Positions 28,161 to 37,910 of a stretch of DNA of 61,646 nucleotides are shown in pieces (position 1 is the stretch's first letter; each line of letters starts with the position of its first letter). Made by a program: the position numbers and the translations under genes. The notes below the pieces were generated by a model. That model worked only from the letters and a program-made list of their open reading frames with translations, was not told the origin of the DNA and ran no database searches. Source of the DNA: Clostridium sp. CAG:138 (lineage in GTDB: Bacteria > Bacillota > Clostridia > Christensenellales > CAG-138); the NCBI GenBank assembly GCA_000435055.1, contig FR879692.1, positions 8,107 to 69,752 of the forward strand, read 5' to 3'.

Positions 28161-28856
28161 ATGACAAGACGCTACGACAGTCAGGAAGTAAGGCGGCGGA
28201 CCATTTCCGCGGGAATAAAGCTTTTTATTGAAAAAGGCTACCATAAAACAACCGTATCGGATATTTGCAGGCTTGCAGATGTTTCAAACGGTTCCTTTTT
28301 CAACGTTTTTCGAACAAAGAACGGCTTATTGATGGAGCTTGTTGTTAATATGTTCAACGGACAGTTTGATGCCGCGGATTCACTCCTTCCCGCCGATTCC
28401 GAGCCGCATATGCTTTATGTTTTTGAAACTGCAATTCAGCTTGCCATTGCCGAAACAAGCGAGAACCTGCGGGATATCTACGTCGAAGCATACACCAACC
28501 GCGAAACGCTCTGTTATATACATGACAGAACGGCGGCAAGACTGTTTGAGCTGTTCCGTCCGTTCAATCCCGATTGGAGTGAAAGCCGCTGCTTTGAAAC
28601 CGAAATCGGTACTGCTGCGGTAATGAGCGGATATATGCGTTACCCCTGCAATCGCTATTTCACTTTTGAGCAAAAGTTGGAACGTTTTCTTGATATTGCA
28701 TTAAAGGCCTACAATGTTCCCGAAGCCATGCGTTCCGATGCCGTCGAACGCATAAAAGCTGTTGACATTCGAAATTATGCCGTTCGTGTCATACGTAAGC
28801 TTGCGGAATCGGTCGGGTTTGAGCACGACCTTTCATTAAACGGCGAGTCGGTTTGA
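28161..28856 (+). CDS. TetR/AcrR-family transcriptional regulator
   Basis: N-terminal HTH KGYHKTTVSDICRLADVSNGSFFNVF. I moved the start to ATG 28161 (MTRRYDS). Confidence 0.85.
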   Translation: MTRRYDSQEVRRRTISAGIKLFIEKGYHKTTVSDICRLADVSNGSFFNVFRTKNGLLMELVVNMFNGQFDAADSLLPADSEPHMLYVFETAIQLAIAETSENLRDIYVEAYTNRETLCYIHDRTAARLFELFRPFNPDWSESRCFETEIGTAAVMSGYMRYPCNRYFTFEQKLERFLDIALKAYNVPEAMRSDAVERIKAVDIRNYAVRVIRKLAESVGFEHDLSLNGESV

Positions 28857-28949
28857 ACGGGTTCAACCGAGTAACGATCAACAACGGCTGATAATGATAT
28901 CAAAGAGCAATACATGCTCTCTGATATATTCAATTTGCAGGAGAAAAAA

Positions 28950-29500
28950 ATGAAAAAAAGCGACTGAACAAAATCATCGTCATTCTTCTTGCGGTGCTGA
29001 TGCTTGCAGCCATGCTGCCTGTTTCGGCAATTGCGGAAAGCTACTCCGCCGCAAGAGATCTGCGCATTTTGAACAAAGCGCATCAGGAAGTTAAAAAAGA
29101 CCTGCTTGCTGTTGATTCCGAGCAATACAAAGCAGGAAAAGCTCCCGAGGAAACAGTTGCCGAGCTTATCGGAATGCTTGAAAGCGATCCGCGCATTGCA
29201 TCCGTAAAACGCGACAGCGCAACAACTTTTACCTACAAACTCCATTCAGGGCTTACCGCCGTGTATGACTACAACATCATCCACGGTCGCCCTCAAGGCA
29301 AATTGCCCGAACCGAGCAGTCTTGAACAGATGCTTCCGATGAAACAGCCAATCAAACCTCACATACGAAAAGCCGCATCCGAGTCGAACCCGGGTGCGGC
29401 TTTTCAATTCACGCTGAAATTCAGCCGAAAGTCATGTTGCAAGGCGCATCAATTTGCTGCTTTTTCGGCCAGTTCATCCAGCTTTTTGTTTCTGAAATAG
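28950..29500 (+). pseudogene. frameshifted, probably truncated secreted-protein gene (prodomain-like fragment)
   Basis: ATG 28950 has RBS GCAGGAG but stops after 5 codons. Adding one A to the A7 tract (28953-28959) would give MKKKRLNKIIVILLAVLMLAAMLPVSAIAES, a canonical signal peptide fused to the tracked ORF 28994..29500. The 3' end of that ORF reads through a terminator hairpin and into the antisense of the next gene. Confidence 0.4.
29368..29404. terminator. bidirectional intrinsic terminator
   Basis: AAAAGCCGCA ... TGCGGCTTTT stem with an inner CCG/CGG helix. It would end the hdr/flx/frd transcription unit and the small membrane-protein gene on the minus strand. Confidence 0.65.
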
Positions 29501-29754
29501 AGTGCAACGTCGATTGAAATCTCAACAAAATTTAGAATATAGAAGAAGAAGCTGAGGAAGAACAGAAATCCGCTGCTTCCGTCAACCGTCTGCATTATCT
29601 TGCGCGCAATTCCGCAAGCATAGCCGAGCAGCAGGAAAAGCTCAAAAAACAGGCTTTTGCCCTTTGCCGTGCGTGACACAATGGATTTGCGAATCGATAT
29701 CGGCCATGAAAGACCAAAACAGAATATTGTTGCTGCCTCCAAAAAATCCAACAT
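29449..29754 (-). CDS. small 3-TM membrane protein (PQ-loop/SemiSWEET-like topology; family uncertain)
   Basis: 101 aa from ATG 29754, which has RBS AAAGGGGAA. Three hydrophobic helices. The track start at 29829 adds an unlikely basic extension. Confidence 0.5.
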   Translation of the reverse strand: MLDFLEAATIFCFGLSWPISIRKSIVSRTAKGKSLFFELFLLLGYACGIARKIMQTVDGSSGFLFFLSFFFYILNFVEISIDVALYFRNKKLDELAEKAAN

Positions 29755-29853
29755 AGGTTTCCCCTTTCTTTCCGCGATGCGGATGTTATATTCATATTGA
29801 CGGCGGACGTTATTCTCCGTCCGCCGCATGGTTTTGTGTTCAACAATACCGCA

Positions 29854-31449
29854 TTATTTTCTGCGGTAATCAGGAAGCAGTTTCGGAGAGACCGCTTCTG
29901 TCTCTATGCCTGCCGCCTTAAGCTGCGATTCAAACTCAGCAACATGGTTCAACGTCAGCTTTGCAGGCACTGTTTCGGCTGCACGATGAGCCGCATTTCT
30001 GCCCGCACTCCTGCCGAATACGATAATGTCAAGCAGCGAGTTGCCCATCAAACGATTTCTGCCGTGGATGCCGCCGACAGCTTCACCGGCAACATAGAGG
30101 TTTGGAACATTGGGAGTCATGCCGTCAACATTGATATCAAGTCCTCCGTTCTGATAATGCAGCGTCGGGAAAACAAGAATGGGTTCGCGGCGTATATCGA
30201 TGCCGTGATTCATAAACATTCGGAGCATTGCCGGAATCCTTGCTTCGATTGTACCCTCGCCTCCGATACGCTCTATCATGGGGGTATCCAGCCAAACGGC
30301 CTTGCCGCTGCCTGTGTCAACTCCCTTGTTCCTGTCGGTGCATTCACGAATTATCGATGCAGCCGCAACATCACGGGTTTCAAGCGGATGCATGAACACT
30401 TTACCGTCGCAATTCACGAGCTTCGCACCGAGAGAGCGAACTTTTTCGGTAACGAGCGCACCGAAAATCTGCTGCGGGAACGCTGCGCCCGTGGGGTGAT
30501 ATTGGAGCGTGTCCGCATACAGAAGCTTTGCGCCCGCACGATAGCCGAGAACAAGACCGTCAGCCGTTGCACCGTAGTGATTGGAAGTCGGGAATCCCTG
30601 ATAGTGCATTCTGCCTGCACCGCCCGTTGCAATAATCACGGTTTTTGCACGCGCAACAAGCTTTTCACCTGTCTCCATGTTAAGGAGTACCGCACCTGCC
30701 GCATTTCCGTTTTCATCAAGAATAAGCTCGATTGCGGAGGTGAAATCTACAACGGGGATGCCGAGGTTAAGAACCTCATCCCGCAGCGTGCGCATTATCT
30801 CCGCACCGGAATAATCCTTTGCCGCATGCATTCTTTTGCGGGATGTTCCTCCGCCGTGAGTCGTTATCATAGTTCCGTCCGGAGCCTTGTCGAACTCAAC
30901 GCCGAGTTCGTTCAGCCACTGAATCGCACCCGGAGCATCACATACCAGCTTTTGGAGCAGTTCGCGCTTTGCTGCAAAATGCCCTCCGCCGTATGCATCA
31001 AGAAAATGAATCGCGGGAGAATCATTCGGCTTGTCCGCCGCCTGAATGCCGCCCTCTGCCATCATCGTGTTTGCATCACCTATGCGAAGTTTTGTGACGA
31101 TCATCGTGTTTGCGCCCGCATTATGAGCTTCAATCGCTGCCGACGCTCCCGCGCCGCCGCCTCCGATAACAAGCACATCAACGTCGTAATCGATTTTTTC
31201 AAGGTCAATCTCGCACGGGTTGATTCGGCTGTGTGCCTGAAGCATTTCGCAAAGCTCATGCGGAACTTCCTCGCCGCTGTTTGCGCCGACTTTAAGCACC
31301 GCAAACTCACTTGTTTTATAATCCGGATGGTACTGTTTGAGCAGTTTTTCCTTTTCTTCCGCCGTCATTCGCGCAGGTTCAAGGGCAATGTTTGCTTCCC
31401 TTGCCGCTTCAACAGCGTTAAGGGATTCACGGAATTCCTTTGAGTACAT
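29854..31449 (-). CDS. soluble SdhA/FrdA-family FAD flavoprotein (fumarate-reductase-like) with an approximately 85-aa N-terminal extension
   Basis: Motifs VLVIGGGGAGASAA, LQYHPTG and GIHGRNRLMGNSLLDIIVFG. The position of the covalent-FAD His (RSHTVAAQGG in Sdh/Frd) reads DANTMMAEGG here. Confidence 0.85.
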   Translation of the reverse strand: MYSKEFRESLNAVEAAREANIALEPARMTAEEKEKLLKQYHPDYKTSEFAVLKVGANSGEEVPHELCEMLQAHSRINPCEIDLEKIDYDVDVLVIGGGGAGASAAIEAHNAGANTMIVTKLRIGDANTMMAEGGIQAADKPNDSPAIHFLDAYGGGHFAAKRELLQKLVCDAPGAIQWLNELGVEFDKAPDGTMITTHGGGTSRKRMHAAKDYSGAEIMRTLRDEVLNLGIPVVDFTSAIELILDENGNAAGAVLLNMETGEKLVARAKTVIIATGGAGRMHYQGFPTSNHYGATADGLVLGYRAGAKLLYADTLQYHPTGAAFPQQIFGALVTEKVRSLGAKLVNCDGKVFMHPLETRDVAAASIIRECTDRNKGVDTGSGKAVWLDTPMIERIGGEGTIEARIPAMLRMFMNHGIDIRREPILVFPTLHYQNGGLDINVDGMTPNVPNLYVAGEAVGGIHGRNRLMGNSLLDIIVFGRSAGRNAAHRAAETVPAKLTLNHVAEFESQLKAAGIETEAVSPKLLPDYRRK

Positions 31450-31466
31450 AATCCTTCTTTGCCCCC

Positions 31467-32144
31467 TTATTTTTCAATATCCCTGTTGTTGTACAGCTCC
31501 TGCAGTTCCGATGCAGGTTTGCCCATCAGAGCTTCCATCAGCTCGTCAAACGTTCCGTTTTCAATTTCCCGAACTCTGTTCTCAAGATGCTCGGATTTAG
31601 GCGCAAGATACTTGCCGTTCAGTCTTCTTGCAAGCATTGCAACCTGCGGATGCGATATTCCGGCAGGACAGCGTGAAGAGCAAACGCCGCACATCACGCA
31701 GTCAAAGGATTCCTCCGCGCACTTGTCAAACTCGCCGCGCTGAGCATATGCAATGTACTGCATTACGTTCAATCCCTGCGTGCAGCTTTTTGTACATGCG
31801 TTGCATCCGACACAGGCATATATCTCCGGATAAAGCTGCATCATTATCTGCTCGGTAGGTTTAACCTTTTCAATATCGTAAACCTGCTTGACGAGCGGGA
31901 AAAACGGCAGTGTTGCCACATACATGTCATTTTCAACCTTGGTTTGGCAGGCGAGACATGCATGAAGTTCGCGGTCGCCTTTGATGCGGTAGATCGTTGC
32001 ACATGCGCCGCAGAATCCGTTGCGGCAGCCGCAGCCGCGCACAAGCTGATAGCCCGCATATTCCATTGCCCGCATGATCGTCAAATCATCGGGGACGGTG
32101 TATTTTTTGCCGAAAAGGTAGATGTCAACCGTGTTTTCTTTCAT
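31467..32144 (-). CDS. SdhB/FrdB-like iron-sulfur protein (2Fe-2S plus two 4Fe-4S-type motifs)
   Basis: 225 aa. Motifs CGCRNGFCGAC...C, CVGCNACTKSC and CVMCGVCSSRCP. Confidence 0.8.
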   Translation of the reverse strand: MKENTVDIYLFGKKYTVPDDLTIMRAMEYAGYQLVRGCGCRNGFCGACATIYRIKGDRELHACLACQTKVENDMYVATLPFFPLVKQVYDIEKVKPTEQIMMQLYPEIYACVGCNACTKSCTQGLNVMQYIAYAQRGEFDKCAEESFDCVMCGVCSSRCPAGISHPQVAMLARRLNGKYLAPKSEHLENRVREIENGTFDELMEALMGKPASELQELYNNRDIEK

Positions 32145-32168
32145 TTTAAAGCATCTCCTCCAAAAACC

Positions 32169-33008
32169 TCAGTATTCGTTCGGAAGTGCATCCAGTTCGT
32201 CGCAGCGGAAAACGGGTCCGTCCTTGCAGACATATTTCGAACCGATATTGCACCTGCCGCATTTACCGATGCCGCATTTCATGCGAAGTTCCATTGTTGT
32301 GTATATTTGAGTTTTATCAAATCCGATCTCGCACAGTCCGGCAAGGGTAAATTTAATCATTATCGGCGGACCGCAGAGAATCGCGATCTTGTCGGTTGAA
32401 AAGCCCAATTCCTTGACATAGTTCGGAACAAAACCGACATGACCGCTCCACTCCGGCTGTTCTTTATCGATTGTGAGGTGTACGCTGACACCCGCATCAA
32501 CAGCCCACTCATCAATTATTTCATTATAGTCTACCAAATCCTGCATACTGCGCGAACCGTAAACAATATCTATTTTGCCGTACCTGTCGCGATAATGCCG
32601 GCAATAGTTAATCACGGAACGCAGCGGTGCAAGCCCGATTCCGCCTGCAATAAAGAGCAGATCGCGGCCTGCAAAAACGTCGTCCACAGGAAAGCCATTG
32701 CCGTACGGCCCGCGTATCGTAATCTGCTGCCCCGGTTCCATCGAATGCAGCCATTCTGTCACGCAGCCGCATTTTTTGATTGAAAACTCCATGAATTCCG
32801 TATTTGTCGGGGATGAAGTTATTGAGAACATCGCCTCGCCGACTCCGGGTACGGACAGCATTGCGCACTGCCCCGGACGGTGTTCAAACGCTTTTTTTCC
32901 ATCCGGAGTTACAACGCGGAAAGTTTTAACGTCCGGCGTGTCTATCCTTATATCAGTAACAACGCCGATAACTGGCATCAGGGGATCTCGTGTTGCTGTA
33001 ACAGACAT
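32169..33008 (-). CDS. FlxA/AsrB/NfnA-like FAD/NAD(P)-binding oxidoreductase with C-terminal 2Fe-2S
   Basis: Motifs RPGQCAML, GPYG, FIAGGIGLAPL and CGIGKCGRCN. I moved the start to ATG 33008, which has RBS GGGAGGAAA. Confidence 0.8.
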   Translation of the reverse strand: MSVTATRDPLMPVIGVVTDIRIDTPDVKTFRVVTPDGKKAFEHRPGQCAMLSVPGVGEAMFSITSSPTNTEFMEFSIKKCGCVTEWLHSMEPGQQITIRGPYGNGFPVDDVFAGRDLLFIAGGIGLAPLRSVINYCRHYRDRYGKIDIVYGSRSMQDLVDYNEIIDEWAVDAGVSVHLTIDKEQPEWSGHVGFVPNYVKELGFSTDKIAILCGPPIMIKFTLAGLCEIGFDKTQIYTTMELRMKCGIGKCGRCNIGSKYVCKDGPVFRCDELDALPNEY

Positions 33009-33009
33009 T

Positions 33010-34083
33010 TTATTTCCTCCCTTCGGGGGTTTCACCGTTTTCGCAGTCACGGTTCTGCGGCTTCGCAAGAGCTTTCATGACTTTCACAATGTTCATGTTT
33101 ATCGGGCATTTTGCAAGGCACCTGCCGCATCCCACGCACGAAAACAGTCCGTTGTTGTTTGTCGGATAATAGACCAGTTTGTGCATGAAACGCTGACGGA
33201 ACCTTTCCGTTTGAGTCAGACGCGGCTGTCCCGCAGACATTTTTGTGAATTCCGAATACATGCATGAATCCCAGCAGCGGAACCGTTTCACACCGTGACC
33301 CGTGTCGAAATCCCGAATATCGTAGCATTGGCAGGTCGGACAAACAAATGTGCACGTGCCGCAGCCGAGGCAATGTGACGAAAGTTCTTTCCACTCGGGT
33401 GCATTGAAAAATTCATCCGTCTTCCCCGCCCCGAAAGCATCGGGTTTCAAACCCGCAAGCGGAAGTTTTTTAATCCGAGCCGAAACCGTATCGTAAACGG
33501 CTTTCATTTCTGCCGCATCCGCTTCCCCGTCCGCCTCCTCGGTGAGTGTGTTCAGCGAGTTCAGAAGAGCGTTGCCCTTCGCTGTTTTTGCATCGAGATA
33601 GAGTGTATCTTCGGATTCCGTGCAAACAATATCACCTTCGGGCGCACCTGCATCAATTCCGAATGATGCACAAAAACATGTTTCCTGCGGACGGGAGCAT
33701 GCCAGTGACATTATGATGCCGTGCTCGCGGCGGTTCTTGTAGTAGGTATCAACGGGGTCGGAAAGAAAAACTCTGTCCAGTATTTCGAAACTCTTCACGT
33801 CACACGCCCTGACGCCGAACAGAACAAAATCCTCCGTTTCACTGCGGGTATCGACAATCTCTATTGTTTTTCCGCTCAGTTTAAAATCCATCAGGTTTTC
33901 GGTCTGCGGAAAGAAAAAGTCTTTTGCACTGCGAACAGTGTTCAAAGCTGCGGAACACTTTTTCCCGTTTTTCCACTCGGAAAACTTTGCTCCGCCTGCC
34001 GTATCCTGCGGCACATACAGTTTTGCACGTTCGGCAATTGCCGCAAAGAGCGAATTCAGCTCTGATTTTGCAATTTTACGCAT
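33010..34083 (-). CDS. FlxB/AsrA/HydB-like polyferredoxin (4Fe-4S)
   Basis: Motifs CLGCGTCTFVCPTCQC and CVGCGRCLAKCP. I moved the start to ATG 34083, which has RBS GAAAGGAG and overlaps the upstream stop by 8 nt. Confidence 0.75.
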   Translation of the reverse strand: MRKIAKSELNSLFAAIAERAKLYVPQDTAGGAKFSEWKNGKKCSAALNTVRSAKDFFFPQTENLMDFKLSGKTIEIVDTRSETEDFVLFGVRACDVKSFEILDRVFLSDPVDTYYKNRREHGIIMSLACSRPQETCFCASFGIDAGAPEGDIVCTESEDTLYLDAKTAKGNALLNSLNTLTEEADGEADAAEMKAVYDTVSARIKKLPLAGLKPDAFGAGKTDEFFNAPEWKELSSHCLGCGTCTFVCPTCQCYDIRDFDTGHGVKRFRCWDSCMYSEFTKMSAGQPRLTQTERFRQRFMHKLVYYPTNNNGLFSCVGCGRCLAKCPINMNIVKVMKALAKPQNRDCENGETPEGRK

Positions 34084-35071
34084 TGTTTCCGCTCCTTTCA
34101 ACCGCAGCCGAGGGTTCGATATCGTCCTTTGTGTAATTCACGATCGGGGCTCTGCTGCCTTCTTCCGCGCCCGCCTGATATTCGCCGTAAAAGGCATTGA
34201 TATCCTTTATAAACTTTCGATTCAAAAGATGCAGCGGTATATGCTGGGGGCAAACGCGCGAACACTCACCGCAATCCGTGCAGCGTCCGGCGACGTGAAA
34301 CGCACGGATTATATGAAACATTTTTTCTTCGAAAGAATCTGCGGCTGCTTTGTTTTCAACACCTGATGCGGGATTGTCGAACACGCATTTTTCGCAGGTG
34401 CATGCAGGACATGCATCGCGGCAGGCATTGCAGCGAATGCAGCGCGAAAGCTCACCCTGCCAGAATGCAAAGCGTTCATCCGCCGTCATTGCTTCAAGTT
34501 TTTTGACCTCATCAAAGCGGGAATCGTCAAGAACTTCACCATTCTCCCCGAGAAGTTCATCATAAACAACGCAGCGTTTGGATTTGCAGTGAATGCAGCG
34601 TTCAAGCATACACTCGTTTCTGTCGAGTTTTGCTGTTCCGTCGTAAAGAGTTTCAACGATAATATTTCCGTTTTCGTCAAAGGTGAGCTTTGCAATACCG
34701 TCAACCGCCTGCCTGACCTTGTTGATATCAGCCATTCCCTCACACGGTATGCCGACTGCGTAAACCTTTTCTCTGTCGAACCTGTGTTCGGTAAGCAGCT
34801 GATTAAAGCTGTAGCTGTCGCATGGTTTCAAAAAAACCGCAACTTTGCCGGCGTCCCTGCGCGTTTCGTTAACAAGGTATTTTGAGAAGTTTGCGGCGCA
34901 AAAGCCGTTGTAAACAAATTCCCTGTCTATTTGTTCGGCTGTCGTGAAAACAGCGGGTGTAAGGTCGTAATCAAATTCGCCTCTTTTCCAGCCGAAAACT
35001 CTGCTGCAGATTCCGCTGTTCAAAAGCTCCTTTGCTTTGTTTGCAAGATAATCTTGGGTTATTTGCTGCAT
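34076..35071 (-). CDS. FlxC-like 4Fe-4S protein (FrhB/AsrA-related)
   Basis: 331 aa. Motifs CIRCNACRDACPACTC and CTDCGECSRVCP. Overlaps the mvhD-like gene by 13 nt. Confidence 0.7.
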   Translation of the reverse strand: MQQITQDYLANKAKELLNSGICSRVFGWKRGEFDYDLTPAVFTTAEQIDREFVYNGFCAANFSKYLVNETRRDAGKVAVFLKPCDSYSFNQLLTEHRFDREKVYAVGIPCEGMADINKVRQAVDGIAKLTFDENGNIIVETLYDGTAKLDRNECMLERCIHCKSKRCVVYDELLGENGEVLDDSRFDEVKKLEAMTADERFAFWQGELSRCIRCNACRDACPACTCEKCVFDNPASGVENKAAADSFEEKMFHIIRAFHVAGRCTDCGECSRVCPQHIPLHLLNRKFIKDINAFYGEYQAGAEEGSRAPIVNYTKDDIEPSAAVERSGNNA

Positions 35072-35505
35072 CTCAAATCCTCCAGACGCTTGTTTTTGCC
35101 CAAGCCGGCAACCTTTTCCGCAAAATCATTCATCGTTGCGGCAAATTTTGCGCCTTCCGCCGCGCTGACCCATTCAACGCGGGTTCGTTCGCGCTCAATG
35201 CCGAGATAGTCAAGCATTGAAAACAGCAGTGCCATTCTGCGGCGCGTATAATAGTTTCCGGAGGTATAGTGGCAATCTCCGGGATGACAGCCGCATATTA
35301 TCACCCCGTCCGCTCCGCGCTGAAACGCGCGCAAAATGAACATCGGGTTCACTCTGCATGAGCAGGGAACACGGATGATTTTAACATCCGCGGGGTAACC
35401 GAGGCGATTGCTGCCCGCAAGATCCGCACCCGCATATGAGCACCAATTGCAGCAGAACGCAACTATCAAGGGTTTATATTTCCCGCTGTTATCCGTCATC
35501 GGCAT
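35059..35505 (-). CDS. MvhD/FlxD-type hydrogenase iron-sulfur (delta) subunit
   Basis: 148 aa. AFCCNWCSYAG...VPCSCRV...ICGCHPGDCHY is characteristic of MvhD. Confidence 0.85.
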   Translation of the reverse strand: MPMTDNSGKYKPLIVAFCCNWCSYAGADLAGSNRLGYPADVKIIRVPCSCRVNPMFILRAFQRGADGVIICGCHPGDCHYTSGNYYTRRRMALLFSMLDYLGIERERTRVEWVSAAEGAKFAATMNDFAEKVAGLGKNKRLEDLRCSK

Positions 35506-37490
35506 ATTGCATCCACCTCCGCCATGATTTGTTTGTTCATAAAGCCTTTAAGATCCATTGCCCCGGACATGCATGCAACGGTACATGCACCGCAGCCCTG
35601 GCACACCGCCTCATTCACGCTTGCAACGCGGCGGATCCTTGTCGTTCTGTCCGGCATACGGAATTCCTTTTCAATGTATGTAATCGCACCGTACGGGCAA
35701 ACTTTTTCACAAGTTGAACACCCGTTGCACATCATCTCGTCCGAATGGGCAACGCAGGGATTGCCTGTCAGTCTGTTTTTGGAAAGAAGACCTATGACCT
35801 TGCTTGCGGCAGCACCGGCCTGCGCGACCGTCTCCGGAATATCCTTCGGCCCCTGACACGCTCCCGAGAGGAACACTCCTGCCGTCGGACTTTCAACCGG
35901 GCGAAGCTTCGGATGCGCTTCGGTGAAGAAATCGTTGGTATCCATGCTTGCAGTAAGCATAGTTGCAAGCTGCCTTGCGGATTTATCCGGTTCCATTGCC
36001 GCAGCAAGCACAACCATATCCGCATCGATATGCAGCTGTTTCCCCGCAATCAAATCCGATGCCTGAACCTTCAGCTTGTCCCCCTCAGGCGAAACCTTGC
36101 CTACCATGCCTTTGATGTAGTGTACGCCGTACTCCTCAACGGCACGACGGTAAAACTCATCAAAATTCTTTCCCGGGGTGCGCACATCAATGTAGAAAAC
36201 ATAAACATCCGTATCAGGATATTTATCCCTTGTGAGCATCGCATGTTTTGCTGTGTACATGCAGCAGACTTTCGAACAATATTCCTTGCCCTTATCCGCA
36301 CAGGCCGCACAGCGCGAACCGACGCATTGAACAAAAACAATGGTTTTGGGATGTTTGCCGTCGCTCGGGCGAAGCAGCGTGCCCTTGGTCGGCCCCGCAG
36401 CATTCATAAGCCGTTCGAATTCAAGCGACGTTACAACATCCTTGGATTGAGAATATGCAAACTCATCAAACTTTTCGAGTGAAATCGGATTGAACCCGGT
36501 TGCGGCAACGATTGCGCCGTATTTCTCCGTTATGAATTCATCCTTTGCTTTATAATCAATCGCACCCGCCGTGCATACTTTTGAACACAACCCGCATTTC
36601 CCGGATTTCAGCATCATACAATGCTCGGGGTCAATAGTTGCAACCTTCGGAATTGCCTGCGCAAACGGGATATAAATTGCGCTGCGATTGTCCATGCCGA
36701 GATTAAACTCGTTCGGCACCTTCCGCATGGGACATTTTTCGGTACATGCGCCGCAGCCGGTGCAAATGTTCTCGTTGACGTAGCGAGCTTTTTTCTTTAT
36801 TGTAACATCGAAATTTCCGACAAAGCCATGGACTTCCGTCACTTCCGAATATGTGAAAATTCGGATTTTCTCATTTTGAGCTGCATCGACCATCTTCGGA
36901 GTCAGAATGCAGGCGGCGCAGTCCAGCGTCGGAAAAGTCTTGTCGAGCTGAGCCATCTTCCCGCCGATTGTAGGTTTTTGTTCGACAATATCAACTTCGA
37001 ACCCGGCATCTGCAATATCAAGAGCAGTCTGAATACCCGCAATGCCGCCGCCTATCACGAGCGCACGTTTCGTGACGGGCGTTTCGGAAGCCGTAAGCGG
37101 TGCATTAAGGTTGACCTTTGCAACAGCTGCTTTTCCGAGTATGATCGCCTTTTCGGTCCCTGTCGGCATATCCTTATGCACCCATGAACACTGTTCGCGA
37201 ATGTTCGCGATTTCAACCATGTATGGGTTCAGACCCGCAGAGGCGGCTGTTTTGCGGAAGGTTGCCTCGTGCATGCGCGGTGAGCATGAGCAGATAACCA
37301 CTCCGTTAAGATTATTTTCGCGGATTGCCTTTTTTATCAAATCCTGTCCCGCCTGGGAACACATATATTGATATTCCTCGGCAACAACGACGCCCGGCTC
37401 GTTCCCGAGTGCCGCAGCAACCGCTTTCACGTCAACGGTTCCCGCAATATTTGTGCCGCAGTGGCATACAAAAACACCTATTCTTTGCAT
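35496..37490 (-). CDS. hdrA: heterodisulfide reductase subunit A-like FAD/FeS protein
   Basis: 664 aa. N-terminal VFVCHCGTNIAG, FAD fold VIGGGIAGIQTALD, and several CxxCxxCxxxCP ferredoxin motifs. Confidence 0.9.
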   Translation of the reverse strand: MQRIGVFVCHCGTNIAGTVDVKAVAAALGNEPGVVVAEEYQYMCSQAGQDLIKKAIRENNLNGVVICSCSPRMHEATFRKTAASAGLNPYMVEIANIREQCSWVHKDMPTGTEKAIILGKAAVAKVNLNAPLTASETPVTKRALVIGGGIAGIQTALDIADAGFEVDIVEQKPTIGGKMAQLDKTFPTLDCAACILTPKMVDAAQNEKIRIFTYSEVTEVHGFVGNFDVTIKKKARYVNENICTGCGACTEKCPMRKVPNEFNLGMDNRSAIYIPFAQAIPKVATIDPEHCMMLKSGKCGLCSKVCTAGAIDYKAKDEFITEKYGAIVAATGFNPISLEKFDEFAYSQSKDVVTSLEFERLMNAAGPTKGTLLRPSDGKHPKTIVFVQCVGSRCAACADKGKEYCSKVCCMYTAKHAMLTRDKYPDTDVYVFYIDVRTPGKNFDEFYRRAVEEYGVHYIKGMVGKVSPEGDKLKVQASDLIAGKQLHIDADMVVLAAAMEPDKSARQLATMLTASMDTNDFFTEAHPKLRPVESPTAGVFLSGACQGPKDIPETVAQAGAAASKVIGLLSKNRLTGNPCVAHSDEMMCNGCSTCEKVCPYGAITYIEKEFRMPDRTTRIRRVASVNEAVCQGCGACTVACMSGAMDLKGFMNKQIMAEVDAICR

Positions 37491-37505
37491 GTTTTGTGTT
37501 CCTTT

Positions 37506-37907
37506 CTATTTTGTGTACTTGCGGAACGCGCTGACAACTGCCTGCTGCGGCAAATCCGCATCCGCTTCAGCTGCCGGCGGCACATCATCGGCAGTCATTC
37601 GGTTTGCATCCTTTTGACGGATTTTTATGAGCCGTATCGCTTCAACGAGCTTTGCCGGTTCAACTCCCCGCGGACATCGTTCAACGCAGGCGAAGCACGA
37701 AAGGCATTTGTAAAGCGACTCCGAATTCAGCAGCGGTTCGATATCTCCGGTTTCAACCATGTAAACGAACTGATGCGGATGATATTCCATCTCTTCATAT
37801 GACGGACATGTTGCCGAGCATTTGCCGCAGCGCATGCACCTGAGCGGATTTACTCCGCTGATTCGGAGTATCTGCTCCTTTTCGCGCAAGGTTTTGTTGT
37901 TCTGCAT
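37506..37907 (-). CDS. hdrC: heterodisulfide reductase subunit C-like 4Fe-4S protein
   Basis: 133 aa. Motifs CMRCGKCSATCP and CLSCFACVERCP. Confidence 0.8.
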   Translation of the reverse strand: MQNNKTLREKEQILRISGVNPLRCMRCGKCSATCPSYEEMEYHPHQFVYMVETGDIEPLLNSESLYKCLSCFACVERCPRGVEPAKLVEAIRLIKIRQKDANRMTADDVPPAAEADADLPQQAVVSAFRKYTK

Positions 37908-37910
37908 CAG

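Noticed and set aside
29797-31443. 548-aa ORF on the plus strand, the longest unannotated ORF in the track.
   Set aside because: It is exactly antisense to the SdhA/FrdA-like flavoprotein gene, which carries canonical FAD motifs. The plus-strand product is Cys/Arg-rich low-complexity sequence with no RBS or motif. It is a typical shadow ORF.
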